64,000 bases of DNA from Flavobacteriales bacterium (GTDB lineage: Bacteria > Bacteroidota > Bacteroidia > NS11-12g > UBA955). Positions 39,691-50,413 of the stretch are shown here, piece by piece (the first letter of the stretch is position 1; each line of letters starts with the position of its first letter). The DNA lies in contig CANGWH010000004.1 in assembly GCA_947457565.1 (NCBI GenBank), positions 149-64,148 on the forward strand, given 5' to 3'. The notes below the pieces were generated by a model that was given only the letters and a program-made list of their open reading frames with translations, was not told where the DNA came from and made no database searches. Position numbers and translations under genes: made by a program.

Positions 39691-41919
39691 ATGCAACATC
39701 AACCTGCCACTATCGATCAAGCAAAACAATTAGGTTTATTGGAAGAAGAATATCACAAAATTTGTGACATTCTTGGAAGACAACCCAACTTTACAGAAGT
39801 TTCCATATTCTCTGTGATGTGGAGCGAACATTGTAGTTATAAGAATTCCATTGTTTGGTTGAAAACGTTGCCCAAAGAAGGGACTAAAATGTTGGCCGAA
39901 GCAGGTGAAGAGAATGCGGGTTTGGTAGATATTGGAGGAGGGTTGGCTTGCTGTTTTAAAATCGAAAGTCACAATCATCCCAGCGCTATTGAACCGTATC
40001 AAGGAGCAGCAACCGGAGTTGGTGGCATCAACCGTGATATCTTTTCTATGGGTGCAAGACCAATCGCCCAATTAAATTCTCTGCGTTTCGGGAATATAAA
40101 TTCTGATCGTACGAAATGGTTAGTAAAGGGTGTTGTAAAAGGTATCGGTGATTATGGAAATGCATTTGGAATTCCTACAGTTGGGGGAGAGGTATACTTT
40201 GATGATTGCTACGAACAAAATAATTTGGTGAACGCTATGAGTGTGGGGATTGTGGAAGTAGGGAAGAGTGTTTCTGCTGCCGCAGGACCTGCGGGTAACC
40301 CTGTATATATCTTTGGTTCTGCCACGGGGAAAGATGGTATCCATGGAGCTGCGTTCGCTTCCAAAGACATGAGCGAAGACAGTATTAATGATCTGCCATC
40401 GGTTCAAGTTGGGGATCCATTTTGGGAAAAGCTAATTTTAGAAGCCACCATGGAAATCATTGAAACAGGAGCCGTGGTTGGAATGCAGGATATGGGTGCG
40501 GCCGGTATCACTTGTTCAACCAGTGAAATGAGTGCAAAAACCGGTGTGGGTATGGATGTTTGGTTGGATAAAGTCCCCATGAGACAAGCCGATATGAAAT
40601 CTTGGGAATTGCTGCTCAGCGAAAGCCAAGAACGGATGCTGGTGGTAGTTGAAAAAGGGAAAGAAAAATTGTTAGAAGCAGTGTTTGAGAAATGGGATCT
40701 TACCTATGCTCAAATTGCAATGGTTACAGATACCGGTAGAGTTCGATACTTTATGGGCGATGTGCTAGAGGCCGATATCCCAGCCGAATCATTGGTGTTA
40801 GGTGGTGGGGCTCCAGTATATCACCGTACTTGGAAAGAGCCACAATACTTCAAGGAAATTGAGAAATTCAATTTGTCCGATATTGCCGATGTTTCACTTT
40901 CGGAAGCAAAAGAAGTTGCCATGCAACTTTCATCGTTGCCCAATATCGCTAGCAAAAAATGGATTTATAGGCAGTACGATTCTATGGTAGGAACCATTAA
41001 CGAGTCTACCAATCTTCCCTCCGATGCCGCCGTAGTAAAAATCTTGGATACAGAAAAGAGTTTGGCGTTAACGGTAGATTGTAACTCTCGCTATATTTAT
41101 GCGGACCCCTCTAAAGGTACTCAAATTGCAGTGGCTGAAGCCGCAAGAAATATTCGTTGTAGTGGTGGAGTTCCTACTGCAATTACCAATTGTTTGAATT
41201 TTGGTAATCCATACAATGAAGAAGTATATTTCCAATTTAAAAATGCTATCGAAGGTATGGGGATAGCTTGCAGAAAGTTTGATACTCCCGTAACCGGTGG
41301 AAACGTAAGTTTTTATAATCAAAGTACTTCGGGACTAGCGGTTTATCCAACGCCAACCATCGGAATGGTGGGAATTATCGAATCACCTAATCATAGATTA
41401 TCCATTCCTTTCCAAACCAAAGGGGCCGCCATCGTTTTATTAGGAAAGCCTGAAAATGATTTAGGCAGTTCTCAGTATTTGGCGAAACTAAAAAATATTG
41501 AGTATTCCCCGTGCCCATCGTTTGATTTGGATGCAGAATATAGGCTACACCAAGTTTTGGGCAATTTAGCTGGAGCTTCCGTAGTTGAATCCGTGCACGA
41601 TATCAGTGAAGGTGGATTGTTTGTTGCTTGTTTAGAAAGCGCAATGTCAGGGAATTTAGGGTTTGATATTTGTACCGATAAACAGTACCGATTGGATTCG
41701 TATTTATTCGGTGAATCCCAAAGTAGAGTAGTTGTAAGTCTTGCTGCTGAGAAAGTTCAAGCGCTAGAAGCAATCTGCAGTAATCATGGGGTTCCTATGT
41801 TGCGCATCGGAACGGTAACTGCGGCAGATTCTGTAATTGTTAATGGTGAAAACTGGGGTAATGTTAATACTTTTGCCCACGGTTATTCCCATTCAATTGG
41901 AACTGCACTGGAGTCCTAA
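39691..41919 (+). CDS. purL: Phosphoribosylformylglycinamidine synthase subunit PurL (small form)
   Basis: MWSEHCSYKNS, KIESHNHPS, GAATGVGGINRD, QDMGAAG, LSESQERM, GGNVSFYN, HDISEGG. Confidence 0.97.
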   Translation: MQHQPATIDQAKQLGLLEEEYHKICDILGRQPNFTEVSIFSVMWSEHCSYKNSIVWLKTLPKEGTKMLAEAGEENAGLVDIGGGLACCFKIESHNHPSAIEPYQGAATGVGGINRDIFSMGARPIAQLNSLRFGNINSDRTKWLVKGVVKGIGDYGNAFGIPTVGGEVYFDDCYEQNNLVNAMSVGIVEVGKSVSAAAGPAGNPVYIFGSATGKDGIHGAAFASKDMSEDSINDLPSVQVGDPFWEKLILEATMEIIETGAVVGMQDMGAAGITCSTSEMSAKTGVGMDVWLDKVPMRQADMKSWELLLSESQERMLVVVEKGKEKLLEAVFEKWDLTYAQIAMVTDTGRVRYFMGDVLEADIPAESLVLGGGAPVYHRTWKEPQYFKEIEKFNLSDIADVSLSEAKEVAMQLSSLPNIASKKWIYRQYDSMVGTINESTNLPSDAAVVKILDTEKSLALTVDCNSRYIYADPSKGTQIAVAEAARNIRCSGGVPTAITNCLNFGNPYNEEVYFQFKNAIEGMGIACRKFDTPVTGGNVSFYNQSTSGLAVYPTPTIGMVGIIESPNHRLSIPFQTKGAAIVLLGKPENDLGSSQYLAKLKNIEYSPCPSFDLDAEYRLHQVLGNLAGASVVESVHDISEGGLFVACLESAMSGNLGFDICTDKQYRLDSYLFGESQSRVVVSLAAEKVQALEAICSNHGVPMLRIGTVTAADSVIVNGENWGNVNTFAHGYSHSIGTALES

Positions 41920-41951
41920 TCTTTTTGTACCTTTCGGGAAATTACCCGGTT

Positions 41952-43157
41952 ATGCGAAAGTCTGTTCCAAATACCGTTAGTTTTTGGGGTAAATCTTATT
42001 TTGAAGATACCGATTGGCTTATTATTGGTGCCGGTCTAGTAGGGTTGCAGTGCGCAACCGAAATTAAACTGGCGTATCCTGCTAAACGCGTAGTTGTAAT
42101 TGATCAAGGTGTAATTGGCAATGCCGCGTCACTTAGAAATGCAGGCTTTGCTTGTTTTGGCAGTGCAGGTGAATTATTGGATGAAATAGAACGGTCTGGA
42201 AAAGACGCGGCCTTTAACTTATATCTCCAACGGTTTTATGGTATTCAACGATTAATTCAAAAGTTTGGTGCAGCTGCCATAGGTTTTGAACCAACCGGGG
42301 GATTTGAAGTGTTCACCCATGCAGAAACCACAAAATTAGAGTTATTACAACACGAAATACCATGGTTAAACCAGGAGTTGAATTACTTTTTACGAAATCA
42401 ACATCGGCCATTTATTCATGAATTTAAACGTTCGGCAGTGGATTTGTTTTCGGTTCAATCCATAGCAGATTCAGGGATGAATATTTGTCCTTTATCCATC
42501 GTTGCATCGGAAGAAGGACCTTTACAACCACATCGATTGTACCTTTCGGTTAGAACATTGGCCACCCAATCAGGGGTAGAAATTTGTGAGTCTTTTCGTA
42601 TTGCATCCTATGAGGATAGGGTGGGTGGAGTTGTGGTTTATGCCGACGATGGAGAAACCATTCAAACCGAACAATTGTTGTTGTGTACCAATGGCTTTAC
42701 CCAAAGCCTAGATAAACAGGCTCCTGTGTTGCCAGCGCGAGGGCAGGTTTTTGTAACTGAATCTTTGCCTTGGCAACCGCTTAAAGGTTTGTATCACGCC
42801 GATGATGGATACCTCTATTTTAGAAACCTTGGGGATCGTATTTTAATCGGAGGAGGTAGGAATATTGATATGAAAACGGAGGAGACCATGGAAATGGAAA
42901 ATACCCAAACGATACGAGAATATATCCGGGAATATTTACAGGACGTGATCTTGCCCTTGAGGAAATCCATGGGGGGTGTGAAATTTGATTACGAATGGTC
43001 GGGCATCATGGGTATGGGACCCCAACGAACACCTATAATTTGTGCTGATAGTAATCGGGTATATAAGGCCGTTCGCATGGGTGGAATGGGCGTTGCCTTA
43101 AGCGCTTGGGTTGCGGAAGAAGTACTAAAACTCATTCAATTAAACGATGGAAAGTAG
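41952..43157 (+). CDS. FAD-dependent oxidoreductase (DAO/PuuB-like family); ORF track start TTG 41925
   Basis: SFW, IIGAGLVG Rossmann motif, ASLRNAGFACFGS, CTNGF, PARGQV, YFRN, WSGIMG, GGMGVA. Confidence 0.88.
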   Translation: MRKSVPNTVSFWGKSYFEDTDWLIIGAGLVGLQCATEIKLAYPAKRVVVIDQGVIGNAASLRNAGFACFGSAGELLDEIERSGKDAAFNLYLQRFYGIQRLIQKFGAAAIGFEPTGGFEVFTHAETTKLELLQHEIPWLNQELNYFLRNQHRPFIHEFKRSAVDLFSVQSIADSGMNICPLSIVASEEGPLQPHRLYLSVRTLATQSGVEICESFRIASYEDRVGGVVVYADDGETIQTEQLLLCTNGFTQSLDKQAPVLPARGQVFVTESLPWQPLKGLYHADDGYLYFRNLGDRILIGGGRNIDMKTEETMEMENTQTIREYIREYLQDVILPLRKSMGGVKFDYEWSGIMGMGPQRTPIICADSNRVYKAVRMGGMGVALSAWVAEEVLKLIQLNDGK

Positions 43158-44838
43158 GAATTTAAGTAACGATTCAATTGTAAAGGCCATAGGATTGTAT
43201 GCAAAATTGGCGGAATTGCATGAGGAAAATCCTTTTAAGGTTAAGGCCTTCAATTCGGCAGCCTTTAATTTAAAGAAAGTGCGGCAGCCATTTTGTGAAT
43301 TATCCGATCAGCAGTGGAAAACAATTCCCGGAGCAGGGAAAAGTGTAGTTGATTCTATAAAGGAAATGCTAGAAACGGGTAGTTTTTTAGCATTGAATAA
43401 TTTATTTGCTCAAACTCCAGAAGGAGTAGTGGCAATGCTGAAGATTAAAGGTTTGGGGCCAAAGAAAGTATCGTTGATTTGGAGGGATTTAGGTATAGAT
43501 ACGGTGGAATTACTGTTTGAAGCCTGTCGTGAGAATAGATTGGTCGAGGCCAAAGGATTTGGTGTTAAAACACAACAGGAAATTTTAAAAAATATAGAAT
43601 TTGGATTTGCGTCAGGTGGATTTTGGCATTATGCCAAAGTTTGGCCGTATGCAGAAGCAGTTAAAGAGTACTTAAATGAACATAATTTTCGATGGACATT
43701 CCTTGGCGATTACTCAAGGCAATTAGAAGTAGTTAACAGCTTAGAACTTTTGATAGATGAACAATCGTTGCTAATTCCATGGACCGCATTTATTGCCGAA
43801 TTGCGTGCTAGTTTTGATTTTATTGACGATGCCGAGGATGGAATGGTAATTGCCGATACGGGTACGCCCCTTCGATTTTATTCGGCAGTAACATCAGAAT
43901 TTTTACGCATCAAATTTGAACAAACTTCATCGTCGGGTTTTCTTTCTACTATCAACTATAGCAATGAAAAGTGGATAGGCAATGAACAAGAAACGCTAAC
44001 AAATTTAGGGTGGCCATGGGTACCGGCGTTTATGAGAGAAGGAGAAGTGTCGCTGGATTATCTAAATCACTTGGGAGCAGATTTTACCAATCGAATTATT
44101 CAAGTTCGAGATTTGCGCGGTTGTCTGCATAATCATACTACCTACTCCGATGGATTAAATACATTGTTTGAAATGGCCGACTATGCGCAACAGCTTGGAT
44201 TGCAGTACTTTGGAGTGTGCGACCACAGTCAATCCGCAACGTATGCTAACGGTTTACGCGAAGATCAATTGTTGAAACAACTGGACGAAATTTCCATGTA
44301 CAATCAACGGATGATTGCTGAAGGTAAGTCGTTCCGCATTTTATCAGGCATTGAAAGTGATATTTTGGGCAATGGCGATTTAGATTATCCGGATGAAATA
44401 TTGGAACAGTTGGATTTGGTAGTGGCGAGTATTCATTCTAATCTCAGCATGACTGAGGAAAAGTCAATGTCGCGTTTACTATCGGCTATCGAAAATCCCT
44501 ATACAACAATATTGGGTCATATGACGGGACGATTGTTGTTATTACGACAAGGGTATCCGGTAAATCATCGTAAAATAATTGATGCTTGTGTGGCAAATGG
44601 TGTTGCAATTGAATTAAACGCTCATCCTTACCGATTAGACATTGATTGGAGAGAACTGTATTATGCGGTAGAAAAGGGAGTGATGATTTCTATCAATCCA
44701 GATGCTCACCAAGTAGAAGGCTTTCAGGATATGTATTTTGGGACTTTGATTGCACAAAAAGTTGGGATTCCGAAGAAAAATGTACTCAACGCCATGGATT
44801 TAAATGAAATTACCCGCTATTTGCGTGATAGAAAATAG
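43147..44838 (+). CDS. polX: DNA polymerase/3'-5' exonuclease PolX family (PHP domain intact, polymerase motif degenerate)
   Basis: ENPFKVKAF, HhH motifs IPGAGK and IKGLGPKK, KGFGVKT. PHP motifs HNHTTYSDG, CDHS, GIESD, GHMTGR, ELNAHPYRLD, NPDAH. Confidence 0.9.
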   Translation: MESRNLSNDSIVKAIGLYAKLAELHEENPFKVKAFNSAAFNLKKVRQPFCELSDQQWKTIPGAGKSVVDSIKEMLETGSFLALNNLFAQTPEGVVAMLKIKGLGPKKVSLIWRDLGIDTVELLFEACRENRLVEAKGFGVKTQQEILKNIEFGFASGGFWHYAKVWPYAEAVKEYLNEHNFRWTFLGDYSRQLEVVNSLELLIDEQSLLIPWTAFIAELRASFDFIDDAEDGMVIADTGTPLRFYSAVTSEFLRIKFEQTSSSGFLSTINYSNEKWIGNEQETLTNLGWPWVPAFMREGEVSLDYLNHLGADFTNRIIQVRDLRGCLHNHTTYSDGLNTLFEMADYAQQLGLQYFGVCDHSQSATYANGLREDQLLKQLDEISMYNQRMIAEGKSFRILSGIESDILGNGDLDYPDEILEQLDLVVASIHSNLSMTEEKSMSRLLSAIENPYTTILGHMTGRLLLLRQGYPVNHRKIIDACVANGVAIELNAHPYRLDIDWRELYYAVEKGVMISINPDAHQVEGFQDMYFGTLIAQKVGIPKKNVLNAMDLNEITRYLRDRK

Positions 44839-44840
44839 CA

Positions 44841-46004
44841 ATGTCTATGGCTGAAACTATTCCTTCAAAACCCACCATTCTGTTAGTGAGATTTAGCTCT
44901 ATTGGCGATATCGTCTTGACTACAGCAGCAATGGCGTATTTGAAACAAGAGCTACCTGGAGTTCGGTTAGTATTAGTTACCAAGAAGTCATTTGCTCCTT
45001 TGTTTAGAGAACATCCTTTTTTAGATGATGTTGTTGAATTTCAAGGTTTTAATAGTGGGTTTTGGCGATCGATAGCAGAGAATAATCCTTCAGCGATATT
45101 GGATTTACATAGCAACATTCGATCGTTGCGCATTAAGAATAGGTATTGGAATTTACCGTCATTTTCGTACAATAAACGAGGGTTAGAACGATGGATGCTC
45201 ATAAAAAAATGGCGTGTAAAACCGCTAGACTCCGTTGTTGAAAGATATCTATCGGCGGTGAACCGGTTGTTAATGTCGCCTTGGGGAAAAAGACTTTCTT
45301 CGTTGAACGTTGAACATGTTGGGACTGCGCATAGTGGAACGACTGTAAATAGGCAATACAATAATTTGCAACTTCCTGGGCTGTCTTTGGGTGATTTTTC
45401 TTCTCAACATTGGAAGAGTGTTAATCATTCGGTGGGAGAATCAGAAGTGTTGGATTTTGAATTACTCCCCAAACGATATGGGGTACTGCATATTTCGGCT
45501 ACGTATAATACAAAACGTATATCCTTTAGGATTTGGGAGCACATTATACGGAATCAACAGGAACCATTGGTGATTACCGGTGGTAAAGCCGATATGGAAC
45601 ATGCAGCGGCATTAATGGCGATAGCGAATGGTGGATTAAAGTCATTGTTTCCTCTTATAAATAAAGTAGGGCAAACAGATTTGCAGCAAACTGCCTGTTT
45701 AATAAAAAATGCAGGATGGTATGTTGGAGGAGATACAGGATTTACCCATGTTGCGGCTTGCTATGGAATCCCTCACTTGGTGATTTGGGGTAACACATCG
45801 CCTGATTTGGGTTTTGTTCCGTGGCTTGGTGATGCCTATTCACTTGAAATACAACAACATATGAAAGTTGAAGGACTCGCTTGCAATCCGTGTTCTAAAT
45901 TAGGTTATGCTGCTTGCCCCCAAGGGCATTTCTCTTGTATGAATTTGCAAAATTTGCAAGAATTAGAAAGTAAATTGCAATTTTTACGGGATAGAATCCA
46001 CTAG
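44841..46004 (+). CDS. Glycosyltransferase family 9 (heptosyltransferase-like)
   Basis: LVRFSSIGDIVLT, DLHSNIRS, GGDTGFTHVAA, WGNTSPDLGF, CNPCSKLG..CPQGHFSCM. Confidence 0.9.
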   Translation: MSMAETIPSKPTILLVRFSSIGDIVLTTAAMAYLKQELPGVRLVLVTKKSFAPLFREHPFLDDVVEFQGFNSGFWRSIAENNPSAILDLHSNIRSLRIKNRYWNLPSFSYNKRGLERWMLIKKWRVKPLDSVVERYLSAVNRLLMSPWGKRLSSLNVEHVGTAHSGTTVNRQYNNLQLPGLSLGDFSSQHWKSVNHSVGESEVLDFELLPKRYGVLHISATYNTKRISFRIWEHIIRNQQEPLVITGGKADMEHAAALMAIANGGLKSLFPLINKVGQTDLQQTACLIKNAGWYVGGDTGFTHVAACYGIPHLVIWGNTSPDLGFVPWLGDAYSLEIQQHMKVEGLACNPCSKLGYAACPQGHFSCMNLQNLQELESKLQFLRDRIH

Positions 46005-46070
46005 TTGAATTTAGTGGTATTTTTTCCTTATTTTCGCGCTTCCGTATTTTATATAGTTTGATTCAATTCA

Positions 46071-49046
46071 ATGAAAACCAATAAAACAACCTTAATTTTT
46101 TCCATTGTATTGGCTGTGGCGTGTTTGTTCCAGTTGTCTTTCACTTGGAAATCACAGCAATTCGAGAAGTCTGCCAAAGAATTTGCAAAGAAAATGGCGA
46201 CTAAGGGAATGTCTGAAAAAGAAGCCTACAATCGTTACATAGACAGTTTAGGTAATTCCGAGATATACAGCATGGGAATTGCTGGCTTTAATTATTATGA
46301 GTGTAAGAAGAAGGAGATTAACTTAGGTCTTGACTTGCGCGGTGGTATTAACGTAATCCTTGAAGTAGATAAAGGTGCTGTAGTAAAGGTACTATCCAAC
46401 GACGGCCAAGACAAAGATTTAACCAAAGCAATTGAGTTGGCGAATATGGATGTAAGAGATAAAGGTCTTGACTTTGTGGATGCCTTTGTAGCGAACTTTA
46501 AAACCATAGCACCAAATCGTAAATTGGCTAATTTGTTTGCTAAAGGTAATAAAGGTGTAATACAAGCTAATTCTAGTGAAGATCAGGTAGTCAACTATAT
46601 CCGTGAAGAGACAAACAATGCAGTTAACTTGGTATACGAAGTAGTAGAAAAGCGTATTAACCAATCCAACGTTACACAACCAACCATCAATATAACAGAC
46701 AATGGCAGAATCAGTGTTGAATTGCCAGGGGTTGATAATCCTCGTCGTATGGAAGAGTTGGTTGAGAAAAGTGCAAAATTGGAATTTTTTGAAGTTTACG
46801 GAAATGATGGTAAAAGAAACGATGGCAAACGAGTTTATGACGCTTTAGTTAGAGCCGCTTCATTACCCGTAAAGAATTCATCCACTAGCATTGATACTTC
46901 TGCTACCGTAGATACAACTTCTACTGCTGCAGCATTGGCGGTTGCCACAAAAGATAGCAGTAAGACATCGGCTAAAGCAGCAGCTCCGGTTTCAAATTCC
47001 TTGTCTAAAATCATGACTCCTTTTGGTGCCAATGGATTGGGATCTTCTGTTGCCGTTGTAAAAAAATCAAACCGTGCTCTGTTGGAGAAAATGTTATCCA
47101 ATGATGCTCGATTAATTGATGTATTAACCAGTGAAAATGCGAGAGTTGCATTTAGTGCTAAGCCTCGTGATTTTAATGCAAACGGTTCAGAAGCCGTGAA
47201 CTCTGATGAGTATTTTGTTTATTTCTTAAAATTAGATCGCGATGGGAAAGCTGCCTTGGCTTCAGAAGAGGAGAATATCATTGAAGATGCTCGTGTAAAT
47301 ACTTCCCAAAAAGGTGAATTAGAGGTTTCAATGATGATGAATAGTGAAGCTGCCACTCGTTGGGCACAAATCACAGCTGCAAACGTCGGAAAATATATCG
47401 CCATCGTTCTTGACAACCGTGTTTATAGCGCACCGGTAGTAAATGGAAAAATCCCAGGAGGACAGAGCAACATTACTGGGAACTTTGAGATTCGGGAAGC
47501 GAATGACTTAGCCAATGTGTTGAAAGCGGGTAAATTACCAGCTCCTGCGAGAATTGTTTCTAGCAATCAGGTTGGAGCTTCGTTAGGGGAAGATGCGCAG
47601 AAGGCTGGTTTATGGTCACTAATTGCAGGTTTTATAACTACTATTTTATTTATGGTGTTGTATTACAACAGAGCGGGTTGGTTGGCTATTGTAGCAGTTT
47701 TGGGTAACGTATTGTTAATTTTCGGGACTTTATCTAGCTTGGGTGCGGCATTAACACTTCCTGGTATTGCCGGTATCATTTTAACAGTAGGTATGGCGGT
47801 AGATGCTAACGTATTGATTTACGAACGTATCAAAGATGAACTTGCATTAGGGAAAAGTATGAAGTCTGCTATTGATGCAGGTTTCAAACATGCTTTGGGT
47901 GCCATTTTGGATTCGAATATTACTACTCTGTTGGCAGGTTTCATATTAACGTTTGCCGGTGCAGGCCCAACTTATGGATTCGCTGTAATTCTAGTTATTG
48001 GTATATTTAGTTCAATGTATACAGCCTTGTTTATTACTCGTTTATTATTAGATAGAAGAGCTGAAAAAGGATTGGAAACGAAATTTGGATTTGATTGGAA
48101 TAAGAATTTCTTGAAAGGGAAAAGTATTGATTTCATAAGTAAGCGTAAGGTGTATTATTGGTTAACCTCACCAATATTAATTTTAGGTATTATTATGTTC
48201 GTTAAACATGGTGGTATCAGCACAGGTATAGACTTTAAAGGAGGTAATTCTTTTGTAATTAAGTTTGATAAGACTCAAAACTATAAGGTAGATCAAATCA
48301 AAACTACGTTGGATGAATCGTTAAAAGGTAGCAGCAACGAGGTTAAAACCTATGGGGAAGAAGGTCAGTTTAGAATTGTAACTACTTATAAATTGTCGTC
48401 TGAAACTAAGGCGGGTAGAGATTCCGTTAAAACCGATGTGTTAACGGCTTTGAAAGGCTTTAAAATGGAAGGTGATGACCCAGTAGTGCAAGCGCAACGA
48501 GTAGGAGCTTCTATTGCTACAAGCACCAGAGATAAAAGCGCATTTTTAGTATTGTTAACGGTTGTAGGTATGTTTATCTATATCGTTTTCCGTTTCCGCA
48601 GCGTAGCTTATGGATTAGGGGCTACTATTGCATTGATTCACGATATTGTATTTGTGTTGGCTGTCTTTGCAATTTTGGATGGAATTGTACCTTTCCCAAT
48701 TGAATTCGACCAGCATTTAATAGCTGCGTTGTTAACGTTGTTGGGTTATTCTATGAATGACACGGTAATTGTATTTGACCGTATTCGGGAATTTTTAGCG
48801 GAAAAGCGTGGCGATATGAACAATCCTGAAACTATCAATAAAGCTATTAATGAGACATTGAGTAGAACCATTATTACCGCCTCAACGGTATTTATGGTTG
48901 TATTGATTTTGTTCTTATTTGGTGGTGATGCGTTGAAAGGATTCTCGTTAGCCATGTTAATTGGTGTAATAGTAGGTACTTATTCTTCTATTTGCATAGC
49001 AACACCTGTGGTTGTTGACTTCACCAATAAAAAGAAACAGAAATAA
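46071..49046 (+). CDS. secDF: Protein translocase subunit SecDF (fused)
   Basis: INLGLDLRGG, ISVELPG, AIVLD, LTLPGIAGIILTVGMAVDANVLIYER, GIDFKGG, GYSMNDTVIVFDRIRE, GTYSS. Confidence 0.97.
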   Translation: MKTNKTTLIFSIVLAVACLFQLSFTWKSQQFEKSAKEFAKKMATKGMSEKEAYNRYIDSLGNSEIYSMGIAGFNYYECKKKEINLGLDLRGGINVILEVDKGAVVKVLSNDGQDKDLTKAIELANMDVRDKGLDFVDAFVANFKTIAPNRKLANLFAKGNKGVIQANSSEDQVVNYIREETNNAVNLVYEVVEKRINQSNVTQPTINITDNGRISVELPGVDNPRRMEELVEKSAKLEFFEVYGNDGKRNDGKRVYDALVRAASLPVKNSSTSIDTSATVDTTSTAAALAVATKDSSKTSAKAAAPVSNSLSKIMTPFGANGLGSSVAVVKKSNRALLEKMLSNDARLIDVLTSENARVAFSAKPRDFNANGSEAVNSDEYFVYFLKLDRDGKAALASEEENIIEDARVNTSQKGELEVSMMMNSEAATRWAQITAANVGKYIAIVLDNRVYSAPVVNGKIPGGQSNITGNFEIREANDLANVLKAGKLPAPARIVSSNQVGASLGEDAQKAGLWSLIAGFITTILFMVLYYNRAGWLAIVAVLGNVLLIFGTLSSLGAALTLPGIAGIILTVGMAVDANVLIYERIKDELALGKSMKSAIDAGFKHALGAILDSNITTLLAGFILTFAGAGPTYGFAVILVIGIFSSMYTALFITRLLLDRRAEKGLETKFGFDWNKNFLKGKSIDFISKRKVYYWLTSPILILGIIMFVKHGGISTGIDFKGGNSFVIKFDKTQNYKVDQIKTTLDESLKGSSNEVKTYGEEGQFRIVTTYKLSSETKAGRDSVKTDVLTALKGFKMEGDDPVVQAQRVGASIATSTRDKSAFLVLLTVVGMFIYIVFRFRSVAYGLGATIALIHDIVFVLAVFAILDGIVPFPIEFDQHLIAALLTLLGYSMNDTVIVFDRIREFLAEKRGDMNNPETINKAINETLSRTIITASTVFMVVLILFLFGGDALKGFSLAMLIGVIVGTYSSICIATPVVVDFTNKKKQK

Positions 49047-49067
49047 TTTTTACACTTCGTATAAGCG

Positions 49068-49101
49068 AAAAGCGGAGTGTTTTACACTCCGCTTTTTTTT
49101 T
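49068..49101 (+). terminator. Intrinsic terminator after secDF
   Basis: AAAAGCGGAGTGT-ttt-ACACTCCGCTTTT perfect stem plus a T9 tract. Confidence 0.9.
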
Positions 49102-49139
49102 GAAAAAATTACGTTAACAATCCAGCAATAGTTCAATAA

Positions 49140-50366
49140 ATGTCAAAAAAGAATTCTATAACCAAACAACAATTTCAGCAAATAGCCAATGAATTTGGGT
49201 CTCCTGTTTATGTGTACCATGCAGAAACTATTCAACAACAGTATCAGCAGTTAGCCAATGCATTCCCTGGGATAAAGGTTAAATTGCATTATGCCTTAAA
49301 AGCATTGAATAACACAAATATTTTAAGGTTAATTAGAAAAGAGGGTGCTGGTTTAGACGCGGTTTCTATTCAAGAAGTTTACTTAGGATTACGCGCGGGA
49401 TTTGCACCTAAGGAAATTATGTTTACCCCTAACTGCGTGGATTTTGAGGAAATTCAAGAGGCTGTTGATTTAGGGGTTCATATTAATATCGATAATATTT
49501 CTGTATTGGAGCGATTTGGAGCACAATACGGTTCAACGGTACCCGTTTGTATTCGGTTGAACCCGCATATTATGGCCGGTGGACATTCCCATATTTCTGT
49601 TGGACATATTGATTCTAAATTTGGTATTAGTATTTATCAATTAAGGCATGTAGTTCGTGTAGTGGAAAGTTTAAAAATTGTGGTTAACGGATTGCATATG
49701 CACACGGGTAGTGATATATTGGATGGAGATGTGTTTTTGCGAGGTGCTGAATTATTGTTTGAAGCAGCGGAACATTTTACACAACTGGAATTTATGGATT
49801 TTGGTTCTGGATTTAAGGTTGCTTATAAAGCCGGTGATATTACCACGGATATTAATGAAATTGGAAAGAAAATCGCAGTCGCATTTAAGGAGTTTTGTCA
49901 GCGTTATGGCAGAGAGTTAGAATTATGGTTTGAGCCAGGAAAATTTATTGTAAGTGAGGCAGGTTCTTTATTGGTGAAAGCAAACGTTATTAAACAAACT
50001 ACGTCTACTGTTTTTGTAGGTGTGAATAGTGGGCAGAATCACTTAATCAGACCGATGTTCTACGATGCCTATCATCATATTGAAAATGTGAGTAATCCTG
50101 ACGGAATAGAGCGTTTATATAGTGTTGTTGGTTATATATGTGAAACGGATACATTGGGTTATGATCGTAAACTGAATGAGGTTCGGGAAGGCGATATTCT
50201 TCGGATTGCTAATGCGGGGGCTTATGGCATTACAATGAGCAATAATTATAATGCGCGTCTACGACCTGCAGAGGTGATGGTGTATAAAGGCAAAGCACAC
50301 CTCATTAGAAAACGGGAGACATTGGATGATTTGATTCAGAATGAGGTTGAATTAGAATCATTATAG
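49140..50366 (+). CDS. lysA: Diaminopimelate decarboxylase
   Basis: GSPVYVY, HYALKA (PLP Lys), SKFG, HMHTGS, FEPGKF, GYICETD, GAYG.TMSNNYNAR.RPAEV. Confidence 0.96.
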   Translation: MSKKNSITKQQFQQIANEFGSPVYVYHAETIQQQYQQLANAFPGIKVKLHYALKALNNTNILRLIRKEGAGLDAVSIQEVYLGLRAGFAPKEIMFTPNCVDFEEIQEAVDLGVHINIDNISVLERFGAQYGSTVPVCIRLNPHIMAGGHSHISVGHIDSKFGISIYQLRHVVRVVESLKIVVNGLHMHTGSDILDGDVFLRGAELLFEAAEHFTQLEFMDFGSGFKVAYKAGDITTDINEIGKKIAVAFKEFCQRYGRELELWFEPGKFIVSEAGSLLVKANVIKQTTSTVFVGVNSGQNHLIRPMFYDAYHHIENVSNPDGIERLYSVVGYICETDTLGYDRKLNEVREGDILRIANAGAYGITMSNNYNARLRPAEVMVYKGKAHLIRKRETLDDLIQNEVELESL

Positions 50367-50413
50367 AGGAACTAATAACAGCGTTATTTTCATTGGATTC
50401 CCTCAAAATTTTA

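Noticed and set aside
39691..41919. purL without purS/purQ
   Set aside because: Scattered pur genes are ordinary in Bacteroidota.
49047..49139. Possible lysine riboswitch upstream of lysA
   Set aside because: The gap is only 93 bp and is explained by the secDF terminator; it is too short for the riboswitch.
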